Below are positions 35,361 through 45,666 of a stretch of 64,000 nucleotides of DNA, one piece after another. Position 1 is the first letter of the stretch; each line of letters starts with the position of its first letter. The stretch is from the NCBI GenBank assembly GCA_963717525.1, contig OY970343.1, positions 352,001 through 416,000 of the forward strand, in the 5' to 3' direction. The stretch is from an uncultured Methanoregulaceae archaeon. GTDB lineage: Archaea > Halobacteriota > Methanomicrobia > Methanomicrobiales > Methanospirillaceae. The notes under the pieces are model-generated. The model ran no database searches and had not been told where the DNA came from. It was given only the letters and a program-made list of their open reading frames with translations. The position numbers and the translations under genes were made by a program.

Positions 35361-35684
35361 TTATTTTTTGTCCGGCACGCGCCGTTCTGCGCTGCCCAGC
35401 AGGCGCACAAGCGTACTTTCCATACCTGTCCATATTTTTTCCCGCGCTATCCTGCCCTGCAGGTACAGGGCAGCGAGAATGAGGCCGAGGCCCAGCAGTT
35501 CGAAGGTATCCCCGGCGATGGCGCACAGGACGCCAAATGTGCCCAGTGCCCCGTACAATACACCGTGGTATGCCGCCTTCCGGTACCCGGGGAGGCCGGT
35601 CCGGAAGAAGATCCGCGCGTCGCGCAGCCAGAGCAGGATTACGACCGCGCCGCCAAAATATGCGACATAGAGCAGGTACGACAT
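35361..35684 (-). CDS. small membrane protein of unknown function
   Basis: 107-aa ORF with three hydrophobic segments, co-oriented upstream of hisS. Confidence 0.7.
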   Translation of the reverse strand: MSYLLYVAYFGGAVVILLWLRDARIFFRTGLPGYRKAAYHGVLYGALGTFGVLCAIAGDTFELLGLGLILAALYLQGRIAREKIWTGMESTLVRLLGSAERRVPDKK

Positions 35685-35734
35685 GGCAATGAACTAACTT
35701 ATAATACGCCTCTCCATATCTGTATTATCACATC

Positions 35735-36511
35735 ATGCGTGCAAACCCGGTGCTCTCGGCCGTTCTGGAACGGTACAAAAAAGGCGAGATCCCGCTCGAT
35801 CTGGCAGCGCAGGAGATCGAAGGGCTCCGTATGGAGCGGGTCGGGGATTTCGCCTGCCTCGATCTCGGACGTGCAGTCCGGTGCGGGATGCCGGAGGTTG
35901 TGCTCGCCGAAGGCAAGGAACCGGCACACCTTGCGGAGATCGCCATCCGGCATGCAGAGGCTGCCGGCCGCTGCGTTGTCACGCGCGTGACCCCGGCGCA
36001 GGCCTCTGCCGTTCAGGACCGGTGTGTGGGTAAAGGGATCACCGCCGAATACCGGGACATGGCCCGGGTGCTCGTGCTTTCGACCGGGGCCGCGCCGGAA
36101 CCGACCGGCGGGATTGTTGCCATAATAACAGCCGGGACCTCTGACATCGGGGTTGCGGAGGAGGCGAAGATCATCGCTGAGGAGATGGGCTGCGTGGTCC
36201 GGACCGCGTACGATGTCGGGGCAGCCGGTATCCACCGGTTGTTCCCGGCGCTCAAACCACTGCTCGAAGCCGACGTCTTTGTTGTCTGCGCAGGCCGGGA
36301 AGGCACGCTCCCGGCGGTAGTCGCCGGCCTCGTGGACAAGCCGGTGCTTGGCGTCCCGGTCAGCACCGGCTACGGGTACATGGGCAAGGGGCGGGCGGCA
36401 CTCGCGAGCATGCTCCAGTCCTGCTCGGTCATCGCGGTCGTCAACATCGATGCGGGATTTACGGCCGGGGCTTTTGCAGCACGGATCGCAAACGGGGGAA
36501 GAAAAGAATGA
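35735..36511 (+). CDS. larB: nickel pincer cofactor biosynthesis protein LarB
   Basis: LDLGR...[42 protein letters not shown] and VNIDAGF. Confidence 0.9.
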   Translation: MRANPVLSAVLERYKKGEIPLDLAAQEIEGLRMERVGDFACLDLGRAVRCGMPEVVLAEGKEPAHLAEIAIRHAEAAGRCVVTRVTPAQASAVQDRCVGKGITAEYRDMARVLVLSTGAAPEPTGGIVAIITAGTSDIGVAEEAKIIAEEMGCVVRTAYDVGAAGIHRLFPALKPLLEADVFVVCAGREGTLPAVVAGLVDKPVLGVPVSTGYGYMGKGRAALASMLQSCSVIAVVNIDAGFTAGAFAARIANGGRKE

Positions 36512-37017
36512 AGCGGGGATTTTATGTGGGCAGGTTCCAGCCCTACCACAACGGTCACCAGGCGGTACTGACCGAGCTTGCGCGGACGTGCGATGAGATC
36601 ATTATCGGCGTCGGGAGCGCGCAGCTCTCCCACACGACGGAAAACCCGTATACGGCTGGCGAACGCGTGCTGATGATTACCCGTGCACTCACCGGCCTCG
36701 GGTGTCCCTACTATGTCATCCCGATCGAGGATGTACAGAGGAACGCGCTCTGGGCTGCGCATGTAATGTCGATGACGCCGCCATTCGATACCTGCTATTC
36801 CTCAAACCCGCTCGTCGTCAGGCTCTTCTGTGAGGCCGGCGTGGATGTGCAGTCCCCGGCGATGTACGAACGTGATCGCCACAGCGGCACCGAGATCCGG
36901 CGCCGGATGCTTGGTGGCGAAGAGTGGGAGTACCTCGTGCCCCCGGCGGTTGTGACCGTGATCCGCGAAATCGACGGCGTGGAACGGCTGCGCCAGATCG
37001 CACGTGACGACCAGTGA
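36508..37017 (+). CDS. nicotinamide-nucleotide adenylyltransferase (archaeal NMNAT)
   Basis: [22 protein letters not shown] and SGTEIR. Confidence 0.93.
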   Translation: MKRGFYVGRFQPYHNGHQAVLTELARTCDEIIIGVGSAQLSHTTENPYTAGERVLMITRALTGLGCPYYVIPIEDVQRNALWAAHVMSMTPPFDTCYSSNPLVVRLFCEAGVDVQSPAMYERDRHSGTEIRRRMLGGEEWEYLVPPAVVTVIREIDGVERLRQIARDDQ

Positions 37018-37097
37018 CCACGAACCATTTCTTTGTGTACGAGCTAACCTATTCCGAAATACCACGCGTCCCGTAGGGACCGTCTCTGAGGATCGCT

Positions 37098-38387
37098 ATG
37101 CTGAAATTTCTCAAATCCCTCATGAGCCCGGGGGCCGGCACCCACGTGACCCTGGCGGAAAGTGAGGTCATATCATGGCTGGCCGAACGGGAGAAGAGTG
37201 CGCGTGCCACCTTGCACGTCAAGGTAGAGGAACCGATGCGCACGATAAGGAATGCCGCAGCCAGCCTCCAGCTGACGGTCAACACCCTTCAGGGTGCCGA
37301 CCAGGACCCCGCGACGCACCCGAGGATCAAGAGCATCGCAAAAAACTCGCTGCCCCTCTTTCTCCGGTCTATGAACTATTCGCTTGCAAAAGAGTTGCCG
37401 GATGACCCTGAGGAGTTTTATGAGGCGGCAGTCGAATGCGTCAAGGGCTGCCTGAATGCCGTCCGCGGCCAGGGCCGCTACCTGATGGTCGCTTTCCCGG
37501 AAGAGATGAAGGATATCAAGGCAGGTATTGATGCAATCGGCCGGGAGATCAACGTGATGACAAAAGCCATCGGCCGGTTCAAGGAAGAGTCCTCCCGGAT
37601 TGCGGCGGCACGCAGCGCATCCGGGGCGCTCTCCGATGCGAGGCAGGACCGGGAGCGCTCGTTTGCAAAGGAGGAGCGGATCAAAGAACGCATCGCCGGG
37701 AACACCGGGCGCCTTGATGCCATTGCCGCCGATATCGCCCGGCTCTCAGCCGATGAATCACTCCTCGCGCTCGATGCCGGGCGTGCCCGGTGCGCCGGGC
37801 TCGTAAAAGAGCGCGACGATCTCCTGCGGCACTATGCATCGCTGACCATGACCGCATCGCATGTCTTCCGGAAAGCCGAGAAGATCGCCATCCGCAGGCA
37901 GCTTGCAAAGGAAGTCCGCATCCTTAAAGCGGCCATGGATCTTCTTTCCCACCACGAGGTCGCTACCGCGGAGTCGATTGCGAAAGCCCTTGATGCTGCG
38001 TGCCCCGCAGTGCAGAAGATGATCGGTAATGGCGATATTATCCTCAAAAACAAAGACGAGCGTGCGGTCTTTTCTGATACGGCAGCATTTTCCGGGGAGG
38101 TGAGCGGACTGTGCACGCAGTACTCCGGGGTTGCCAACCGCTGCCGCGAAGAAGAGGAGAGCCTTCAATCCCACCCGGTGCAGTTGCAGTTACGATCTCT
38201 TGAACGCGAGAAAGAGCAGCTCGAAACCATGCATGCCCGTGAAGAGCAGGAGCACCGCGACCTGCTCGTCGCACGAAAAGAACTTGAAGATGCCATCCCC
38301 CTCCTCCAGGAGGAACTCGCAAAAAAATTGGGAGAGATGAGGGGGGAGACGGTGCAACTTCAGGCGAACGAACCGGTGCGAGGGTAA
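37098..38387 (+). CDS. hypothetical coiled-coil protein
   Basis: 429-aa ORF with core-like GC content and helical, E/K/R-rich composition; no family recognised. Confidence 0.75.
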   Translation: MLKFLKSLMSPGAGTHVTLAESEVISWLAEREKSARATLHVKVEEPMRTIRNAAASLQLTVNTLQGADQDPATHPRIKSIAKNSLPLFLRSMNYSLAKELPDDPEEFYEAAVECVKGCLNAVRGQGRYLMVAFPEEMKDIKAGIDAIGREINVMTKAIGRFKEESSRIAAARSASGALSDARQDRERSFAKEERIKERIAGNTGRLDAIAADIARLSADESLLALDAGRARCAGLVKERDDLLRHYASLTMTASHVFRKAEKIAIRRQLAKEVRILKAAMDLLSHHEVATAESIAKALDAACPAVQKMIGNGDIILKNKDERAVFSDTAAFSGEVSGLCTQYSGVANRCREEEESLQSHPVQLQLRSLEREKEQLETMHAREEQEHRDLLVARKELEDAIPLLQEELAKKLGEMRGETVQLQANEPVRG

Positions 38388-38576
38388 GGCACCGGCACGA
38401 TCCTGTCGATGATGAGATTTTTCCTTTTTATGTGAACAAGTCTTCTGTATCTTCAATGATCAATTCAAGGCTGTCCTGGGTAATGTCGTTTGTAACACTC
38501 CAGCCTGGTGTGCCTGCGCCCGGAACGTGCCGGGCCGGATCTGCCCGTTCGTTTTGGGATATCCCGCCTGCTTCCC

Positions 38577-38774
38577 TCACTTACGGGCCTCCGTTCCGGC
38601 AAAATCCCCCAGTTCGCTCTGGCCACCCGGGAAGGCATCCGACCAGCCATAGCATTCTCGGAGCATCTGCGCAATCACATCGCTGAAGGTCATGTTGCCA
38701 CGCTTGAGCGTCAGCAAAGCCTCATACACCTCGGGATCAATCCGGATCGATCGTCCCTCGCCTGCACGAGGCAT
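38577..38774 (-). CDS. small DNA-binding / VapB-like antitoxin family protein
   Basis: SIRIDPEVYEALLTLKRGNMTFSDVIAQML fits the archaeal TI.I..EVYE.L...K....SFSDVI pattern; TATA-like TTTATATA just upstream. Confidence 0.65.
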   Translation of the reverse strand: MPRAGEGRSIRIDPEVYEALLTLKRGNMTFSDVIAQMLRECYGWSDAFPGGQSELGDFAGTEARK

Positions 38775-38922
38775 AATTACCACTCTGTGGTAACTATATA
38801 TAAAACTATCTTAGAAATCGCGACCGGGTTTTTAAACAATCACCAAAATCTCGGGAAATTAGGGATTTCTGGTACCTGCGTGTGTCCACCCGGCACGATC
38901 CCGAATGGTGCTTTTTGCCGGA

Positions 38923-39702
38923 CTATGCAAACGGGGCGCCGCACCGGCTCGTGCAGGTAAGCCTGATGTAGGAAAAGGCGGTGTCGTCTACGTAGGCAAA
39001 TTCCGGGCGGTCACCGTGGCAGCCCCCTACCCGGAAGAGTGTCGGCATGTCCAAAGGGATGCGTGCTACTTCAATTTTGCTGCCGGGAACCGCGGGCTCT
39101 TCTTCCAGGACGTACCGGATCAGGTGCTCGTTGATCCCGCTCAAGGTTTTACGGCAGCAGACATGTGTGTGCTGGTGGCCGCAGACCAGAAACGAGAGGC
39201 CGCGCTTTTCAAGAGCGTCAAAGGCCATCGATGCCGTGTAATGGTAGCCGGTGAAGGAGTCTCCCGCTGTATGGGAGAGCCGCTGCCAGCATTTGAGCCG
39301 GAGCGTCTGGGTGCCGAGATCGAGTGGCCCGCCGTGGACAAAGAGTATGCTGCGGTCCACCCATTCCATAGGCATGTCAGTAAACATCCCGAGGAGCGGC
39401 GAACCGCGCAGTTGCTCGTGCCGGAAGGTGCTGATCTCGTCGCTTCCCGAAACCGGCACGCCATTGAGGAACGCATGGTCGTGGTTACCGATCACGGATA
39501 CGAGCCGGTATTTTTTGGCGAGATCGTAGATGAGTTCGAGCGCAGACTGCGGGCAGTTGCCCCGGTGCAGGAGGTCCCCGAGGTTAACCAGGGTATCGAC
39601 CGGGCCAAAGCGCTGGGAAAATGACGGGTCCCGGATATACGCTGCCATGATGCCGAGAGCATCTGCATCGGCATGCACATCGGAAAAGACAACCGTGCCC
39701 AT
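38923..39702 (-). CDS. metallophosphoesterase
   Basis: SDVHA, LGDLLHRG, IGNHD, FVHGG and CGHQH. Confidence 0.88.
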   Translation of the reverse strand: MGTVVFSDVHADADALGIMAAYIRDPSFSQRFGPVDTLVNLGDLLHRGNCPQSALELIYDLAKKYRLVSVIGNHDHAFLNGVPVSGSDEISTFRHEQLRGSPLLGMFTDMPMEWVDRSILFVHGGPLDLGTQTLRLKCWQRLSHTAGDSFTGYHYTASMAFDALEKRGLSFLVCGHQHTHVCCRKTLSGINEHLIRYVLEEEPAVPGSKIEVARIPLDMPTLFRVGGCHGDRPEFAYVDDTAFSYIRLTCTSRCGAPFA

Positions 39703-39882
39703 AGATCAGTGGAACCATATAGATCGTTTATCCTCTTATAAACCCGTGATGCTCCGGGTTCGATCAATAAAGTTCACGATCAGAAAGTAACGGTTATGTC
39801 TGGTTTACGCACATGTACTATGCAGCAGCCAGAAAAGCGCATTATACGCTCTCGCAGCATACCAGATACCAAGGAGTTACCC

Positions 39883-40356
39883 ATGGAGAAATTCCTCAAG
39901 GATTATATTGAACATGTGAGGCCCGTCTTTGGCCGGATACCGGAACAGACCGCACACGTTATCGCGTCAGCGTTCTTCTCGTTCAAGTTTGAACTGTACC
40001 CAAAGACCCTCCGGGAATGCACGACTGCCCTCTCGCAGGTCCCCGAAGGCGACGGTAGCGCAACGCTGGAGAAAGCGCTCTCGATCGTAAACGCGTATGC
40101 AGTCGCGTACGGGAATGCGCAGGTCCGGCCTGAGACCGTTCCCGCATTTGACGATTCCGATCGGGCGTACCTTGCCGTCAACCTTCCCCCTGAGGTAAAC
40201 GAGGACCCGCTGACGCTCGCTCTTGACAACGCCCTCCTCCTCCTCTACGCGGTGGCGGTGATTTCCTCCCCCGACGATGAACAGGCGCTCGAGGAGCACC
40301 GGAAGTACCTGGTAACGATGCTCGAAACGTACAAACGGGCGCTGGGCCTGGTATAA
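39883..40356 (+). CDS. hypothetical protein
   Basis: AAGGAG ribosome-binding site before ATG 39883; helical ~157 aa. Confidence 0.65.
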   Translation: MEKFLKDYIEHVRPVFGRIPEQTAHVIASAFFSFKFELYPKTLRECTTALSQVPEGDGSATLEKALSIVNAYAVAYGNAQVRPETVPAFDDSDRAYLAVNLPPEVNEDPLTLALDNALLLLYAVAVISSPDDEQALEEHRKYLVTMLETYKRALGLV

Positions 40357-40541
40357 GGGGGGATGCTCCCGGCCCGGAAATCCGGTCTCATTCCATCTCC
40401 GGAATTACTCTTTTTTACGTGGTGGTCCCTTTCGGGATAACGTGCGCTGCTGGACCGGCTTTCAGATCTCCTCGGCGATTATACCAAAAAAGTACGTAAA
40501 CGGCCCTTTTTTTAAAATGAAAACCCGGAGTAAAAAATATG

Positions 40542-41387
40542 TTAGTACTTGTACCATCGTCCCTTGCTGTCGAACTCACCGGTCACCTGCTGGAGGGGTA
40601 CGGCCGGGCTTCCGATGAGGGCCCGGTAGAAGCAGGCCTTGTAGGCCAGAAGGAGCGGCACAATGAAGAGGACGGCAAGGAAGATGACCGCTGCAGTGAC
40701 CCATATCCCATCCGGGCCGATCATGCCGATCAGCTGTTGCGGGGTTATGGCGGCAAACTGGGTCTCATTGTACTGCGCGAGGGGTGCAAGATTCTCGAAG
40801 AGCAGCCCTTCCCATATAATGGCGAATACGAAAAAGTCTGCAAACGCCAGCACGCAGCAGGCAATAAGAAAGCCCAGTACCGCGCCCACATGGCCGGCGA
40901 CCACGCCGATACTGCGGCGCAGTGAGTCAAAGACCTTAAGGTCCTCAAACACCGCGGCCGTGTCGCAGAAGAAGGTTAAAAAGAGCGTCGGGATCATGAC
41001 AAGTACCGCGAGTGTACCCATAACCCCGTAATCCGCAGATCCTCCCTCGGTAAAGATGGTCACGATAGTGATCACGACAAAGACGAGCAGGAGCACACAG
41101 GAGATCACGATCCACGGGAGCAGCACCCGGAAATAGTAGTGCACTCCTTCCCGCACCATCGCGCCGGCCCCGGTCCCGTTCTTTTTTATCTGGCCAAACG
41201 TGCCGGCCACAAAGAGGACCATCACGAGGCAGGCAATGATAACAAGCCGGCTGGTAAAGAACGTTCCTGAGATGTTGTACAGGATCCAGAGGATCGCGCC
41301 AAGCAGCCCCGCGACGAGACCGGGTATCCACAGGGCCGGTGTCCGCCCAATTGCACGGATCGCTTCCTGCAACTCCTTAAGGACCAT
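40542..41387 (-). CDS. polytopic membrane protein of unknown function
   Basis: 281 aa with several TM segments; 3 bp downstream of the preceding gene. Confidence 0.75.
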   Translation of the reverse strand: MVLKELQEAIRAIGRTPALWIPGLVAGLLGAILWILYNISGTFFTSRLVIIACLVMVLFVAGTFGQIKKNGTGAGAMVREGVHYYFRVLLPWIVISCVLLLVFVVITIVTIFTEGGSADYGVMGTLAVLVMIPTLFLTFFCDTAAVFEDLKVFDSLRRSIGVVAGHVGAVLGFLIACCVLAFADFFVFAIIWEGLLFENLAPLAQYNETQFAAITPQQLIGMIGPDGIWVTAAVIFLAVLFIVPLLLAYKACFYRALIGSPAVPLQQVTGEFDSKGRWYKY

Positions 41388-41390
41388 GGG

Positions 41391-41981
41391 TCACCGGACC
41401 CGGGGCATGGCCACGATTTCCCGTACCTGGAGATCGAAGAAGCTTGCCGTGTAGGCCGGGCGGATCACGCAGACGGTATCCGCACCGCTTGCGGTCCCGC
41501 CGACTGCCACGACTTCATTGTCGATCCCGACTGCACCCTGGTCAGCGGCGATCAGCACGCACTCGACCGCAACCTTGAGGCCGACCGCGACAATACGGCG
41601 CAGAGCCTCGGCGATCGCCTCTGTCCGGGATGCGCCGCCGACCTTGGGGGACCGGGACAGTGCCCGTTCGAGGCCGGAGAGGGCGTGGGTACCGGTCACG
41701 ATCTTCACACCCTGCATCCGGAGCTCCTGAGCGGTCGTTTCGGAGAACTCCCATTCGCCGGGCTTTACAAACCCCATCACGTGGGTAACAACCACAAGGG
41801 AGAGGCCGGTACCCTTCATCGCGTCAAAGAAGACCTGCGCGGTCTTCCCGGAGCTGCTCGCGACAACGATAGTTCCAAGGCCGAGTTCCTGTGCCCGTTC
41901 AATGGCAAAGCGGGCTGCATCAGCGGTGTTTGCCGGGCCCGGTTTTTCAAAATAATAGCAGGTTTTTGCGGTAAATGCCAT
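41391..41981 (-). CDS. pyruvate kinase alpha/beta (C-terminal-like) domain protein
   Basis: YFEKPGPANT, VVASSSGKTA, THALSGLER, GLKVAVECVLIAADQG and GADT. Confidence 0.8.
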   Translation of the reverse strand: MAFTAKTCYYFEKPGPANTADAARFAIERAQELGLGTIVVASSSGKTAQVFFDAMKGTGLSLVVVTHVMGFVKPGEWEFSETTAQELRMQGVKIVTGTHALSGLERALSRSPKVGGASRTEAIAEALRRIVAVGLKVAVECVLIAADQGAVGIDNEVVAVGGTASGADTVCVIRPAYTASFFDLQVREIVAMPRVR

Positions 41982-42110
41982 AAGTACCTTTTAATAAGCA
42001 GCCATGAAAAACTTTGTCAGATTCTAATAAGGACATTACCAGAGTGTTCCCGCGGAGCCGGCACAGCCGTTCTGCCGGAGCCCAGATATCCTGACCTTTG
42101 AGGAGATACG

Positions 42111-43280
42111 ATGATCACCCTCGCGCTTGCAGGTAAACCAAACTGCGGAAAGTCGACCTTTTTCAAGGCGGCCACCATGGCGAATGCAGAGATCGCCAAC
42201 TACCCATTTACGACCATCAACCCCAACTTCGGCGTTGCGTGCGTGCGCACCACCTGTCCCTGTCGGGGCCTTGACCTCACCTGCAACCACTGCGTGGATG
42301 GTGTCCGGTTTGTCGCCATCAACCTCATCGACGTCGCCGGGCTGGTACCTGATGCACACAAGGGCAAGGGTCTCGGGAACCAGTTCCTCGATCACCTCCG
42401 GCAGGCCGATGCTATCCTCCATGTCATCGACGCAAGCGGCGGGACCGACAGCGAAGGAAACCCGGTGGGTGCGGGAAACCACGACCCGGCAGAGGACGTG
42501 AAGTTCCTCGAGTACGAGATGACGATGTGGGTGTACGGGATCCTCGAGAAGCACTGGTCCCGGCTCTCGCGCCAGGCCTCGGTCAAGACATTTTCCATCC
42601 ACCAGGGCATCGCTGAGGTCTTCACGGGCCTTGGGATCACTCCCGAGGATGTTCATGAAGCAGAACTCCTCCTCAAAATCGATCTCGTCCACGCACAGAT
42701 GGAGAGCCTGGTGCCGTTCTGCGCTCAGATGGTCAGGATCTCAAAGCCGATGCTTGTGGTCGGGAACAAGATTGACGAGACGCCCGAGGCCCTGCGGGAG
42801 AAACTCGCCGCACAGAAAGTCTCGTTTGTGAGTGCCGCATCTGAACTTGCCCTGCGCAATGCCGCAACGGCAAAAGTGATCAAATACCTGCCGGGCGACA
42901 AGGAATTTCGGGTTACCGAAGGTGTCACCCTCTCTGCGCCGCAGAAGGCGGGCCTGGCAAAGATCGCCGAAGTCATGAAGAAGAACAACGGGACTGGCGT
43001 GCAGGATACGATCAACCGGGCAGTTTTTGAACTCCTCGATCGGATTGTCATCTACCCGGTGGAGGACGAGCACAAGTTCTGCAACAAGCAGGGCGATGTA
43101 TTGCCGGATGCGTTCCTGATGAAGAAAGGTTCGACACCGCACGACCTCGCGTTCCAGGTCCACACCGATATCGGGAAAGGATTCCTGTACGCGATCGATG
43201 CCCGCACCAAGATGCGGATCAAGGAGAACCATCTCCTTAAGGACGGGGACATCATCAAGATCGTGAGTGCCGCGAAGTGA
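42111..43280 (+). CDS. ychF: YchF/OLA1-family translation-associated NTPase
   Basis: GKPNCGKST, NYPFTTI, DVAGLV, GLGNQFL, NKID and C-terminal TGS domain. Confidence 0.93.
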   Translation: MITLALAGKPNCGKSTFFKAATMANAEIANYPFTTINPNFGVACVRTTCPCRGLDLTCNHCVDGVRFVAINLIDVAGLVPDAHKGKGLGNQFLDHLRQADAILHVIDASGGTDSEGNPVGAGNHDPAEDVKFLEYEMTMWVYGILEKHWSRLSRQASVKTFSIHQGIAEVFTGLGITPEDVHEAELLLKIDLVHAQMESLVPFCAQMVRISKPMLVVGNKIDETPEALREKLAAQKVSFVSAASELALRNAATAKVIKYLPGDKEFRVTEGVTLSAPQKAGLAKIAEVMKKNNGTGVQDTINRAVFELLDRIVIYPVEDEHKFCNKQGDVLPDAFLMKKGSTPHDLAFQVHTDIGKGFLYAIDARTKMRIKENHLLKDGDIIKIVSAAK

Positions 43281-43461
43281 CCGCCGGCGGGTCGCCGGGT
43301 GTGACAGGTGTCATCCATTTGTCAGACAACCGCGCCGCTCCTGCGCACAATTTGCCCTTTTTTTCGTGATTTTGGCCTGATTTGGCCCCCTTTTACCACA
43401 AACCTTATAACATGACGCTGTGTATAGGGGAATTACCCGAGAAGGGACAGGAGGTGAATCC

Positions 43462-43782
43462 ATGGGAGGAGAAATCTACCAGGCCCAGGTGATCCGGAAC
43501 TTCTTTGACACCATCACCGGCACGGACAGGAACCTGACACGCATTTACATGTGTGTCATGAGCCTTGCAAAGCTCCGCATGGAGTCCCCGGAAAAGATGG
43601 CGTCCCTGCTTGACCAACTCAGGAAGAGCAAGATCAAAAAGGAGCTCTCGATCGATATCCTCGATTATGTCTGCGATGCGGCAAACGATCTCGAGCTCGC
43701 GAGCGTCCAGACCGCGTTCGGTGTCAAGGACATCAAGGATGTAGCACAGGACTTCAACGCAGTCAGCCTTGACAGCCTGTAA
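43462..43782 (+). CDS. hypothetical protein
   Basis: GGAGGTGA RBS before ATG 43462; 106 aa; T-tract after the stop. Confidence 0.75.
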   Translation: MGGEIYQAQVIRNFFDTITGTDRNLTRIYMCVMSLAKLRMESPEKMASLLDQLRKSKIKKELSIDILDYVCDAANDLELASVQTAFGVKDIKDVAQDFNAVSLDSL

Positions 43783-43803
43783 TTTTTTTTGTTTTTTTTA
43801 TTT
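43783..43803 (+). terminator. oligo-T archaeal terminator
   Basis: TTTTTTTTGTTTTTTTT directly after the stop codon. Confidence 0.6.
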
Positions 43804-43958
43804 CAAGCCCCGAACCCGGGCATGGTGTTTTTTTAAAAATCCCTTCATCAGGTTTACTATTTGGTAAAAATATTTCCCCCTATGGTACATCGTGATGTAC
43901 ATTGCCGCTTTTGAAGGGATACCCCCCGCAGCTTGCTAGTGATTAAAAAAGAAAAAAA

Positions 43959-44247
43959 AGCCCTGTAGAAACCTTTTTTTAAGAGGTACGACCCCCCTTA
44001 CGCCAGCCCTGCCCCCAAAGGGGGGCGGGGGCGTAAGCGATGCCTTTGTATTACCTGTACAAGAAGCATCCATCTTTCCATCTTTGTGTTGCAGGTACTG
44101 AAGGCACTGTCGCAACCGGGGATGATGAAGCGGCGGGGGCTTTAGCCCCCTAGGAGTATACTTCCAAATCTCACTTCAGGGGTTCTACGGAGTCAAAGAA
44201 AAACTTTCTTGCCCCGCCGTGCCCCGGAGGGGCCCTGAGGCGGGGGA
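43959..44247. repeat. structured palindromic intergenic element E1 (MITE/REP-like)
   Basis: Hairpins CTTACGCC..GGCGTAAG and GGGGGCTTTAGCCCCC; imperfect terminal inverted repeats CTGTAGAAACC / GGTTCTACGG; two modules shared in inverted orientation with E2. Confidence 0.6.
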
Positions 44248-44319
44248 CATTCGTTTATCTTAATCAAATTTGTTGCAGCCAGGTCCAGATCTCATCCTGT
44301 TAAACCAGTATGCACTCTT

Positions 44320-45537
44320 TCACCACACTATACCGTGCGTCACAAAGATCCAGTACAGCGCAACCGCAAAGAGCCCGCCACCCAGTGTCGCAAGGAAATT
44401 TGTTCCTGCATTGCCCAGAAATCCCTTGTTTTCCAGAACCGCCCCGACCAGGCTGTCAAGGTTGGTCCCCACAAATCCCGTGATCGTGCAGATGACCATC
44501 ATCCATGGGGTGATGACGTGGAGGCCGAGCGCCACGAGCGAGACAACAAAACTCCCGCCGAGCGCGACCAGTTCGCCGGTTATCGTGATGCCGCCGTTTG
44601 TCCCGATCGGAACCCGGCGCAGCGTTGTTATCATGTACGGGATCCCGCCGGTCACCCCGATCTCGCTCGCCATCGTATCTGCCGCAGCAGTCGCCACGCT
44701 ACCGACGTACATCACGATGAAGACCGGCTGGACAAAGACACCATACAGCACGGCCGCCGCACACGCGATGATCCCGTTTGCAAAGACATTCCTGTACCCC
44801 CGTGCCCCGCTCTTGCCCTGCTCGACACCGATCCTCTTTTTGTACTCGAACTTGTACCGGGTGCAGAGCGATCCAAGGATAAAGAATGTGAGCATGACCA
44901 GGAACCACGTGGGGTCGGCAAAGACGAGCAGAATGATCCCGACCAGTGCCGTTGAAAAGAGCCCCGAGAGATCCGCCGTTTTGAACCGGAACGCGAAGTA
45001 CCCGAACACAAAGGCGATAAAGACCGCGATGATCACGATCTCGATATTGGCTGTGTAATTGAGTTCCTCGATCAGGTACATCGTCATCGCGATCCCGATC
45101 CCTTCAAGGACAAGCGAATCCTCGAAACGCAGGAGGATCACTTTCAGGAGGACTGCGGCGATGATCCCGAAGATGACCATGAGAAACGCCTCCTCATGGA
45201 GGTAGACCATAACGAGCATCCCCGCCCAGGCTGTAGTGATAATGTAGTAAAAGTAGGTGTTGAGGTCGTCGGCCCCGGACTGGAAGACGAGTTCTCCAAG
45301 CGAGATCATCGCAAGGGTCGTTGCGAGGACCACGAACGGGAGAAGGTTGACCGCGTAGAGTCCGGACAGGATGCAGAAGACGTACGCGAGGTATTTCGTG
45401 CCAAAGAAACGCCAGAGAACGAGGGAGAAAAGGATGATGATAAGGGCCATAAGCCACGGCGGCTGCACGTATGGGCCGGCCAGGATGGCACACCCGGCGA
45501 GCGCTGCTGCGTATCCCAGTCCCCGCTGCTTTGCCAT
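44320..45537 (-). CDS. DUF92 (TMEM19-like) membrane protein
   Basis: [34 protein letters not shown] and NFLAT motifs. Confidence 0.88.
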   Translation of the reverse strand: MAKQRGLGYAAALAGCAILAGPYVQPPWLMALIIILFSLVLWRFFGTKYLAYVFCILSGLYAVNLLPFVVLATTLAMISLGELVFQSGADDLNTYFYYIITTAWAGMLVMVYLHEEAFLMVIFGIIAAVLLKVILLRFEDSLVLEGIGIAMTMYLIEELNYTANIEIVIIAVFIAFVFGYFAFRFKTADLSGLFSTALVGIILLVFADPTWFLVMLTFFILGSLCTRYKFEYKKRIGVEQGKSGARGYRNVFANGIIACAAAVLYGVFVQPVFIVMYVGSVATAAADTMASEIGVTGGIPYMITTLRRVPIGTNGGITITGELVALGGSFVVSLVALGLHVITPWMMVICTITGFVGTNLDSLVGAVLENKGFLGNAGTNFLATLGGGLFAVALYWIFVTHGIVW

Positions 45538-45666
45538 TGGGGGAGATATTTGTTTTCAGATGAGAAGAGTCTTATCGTTTTTTTATCGTCCGGCTGTGAC
45601 CGCTCCCTTATGGACAGGCAACAGGGACGATCACTATATTTTATAAAACGACCTATCCGGTACGGA

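Noticed and set aside
39740..39790. GGGTTCGATC T-loop-like sequence
   Set aside because: No cloverleaf can be built around it; not a tRNA.
45196..45666. Long N-terminal extension of valS in the ORF track
   Set aside because: Overlaps the DUF92 gene on the other strand; ValRS similarity begins at ATG 45667.
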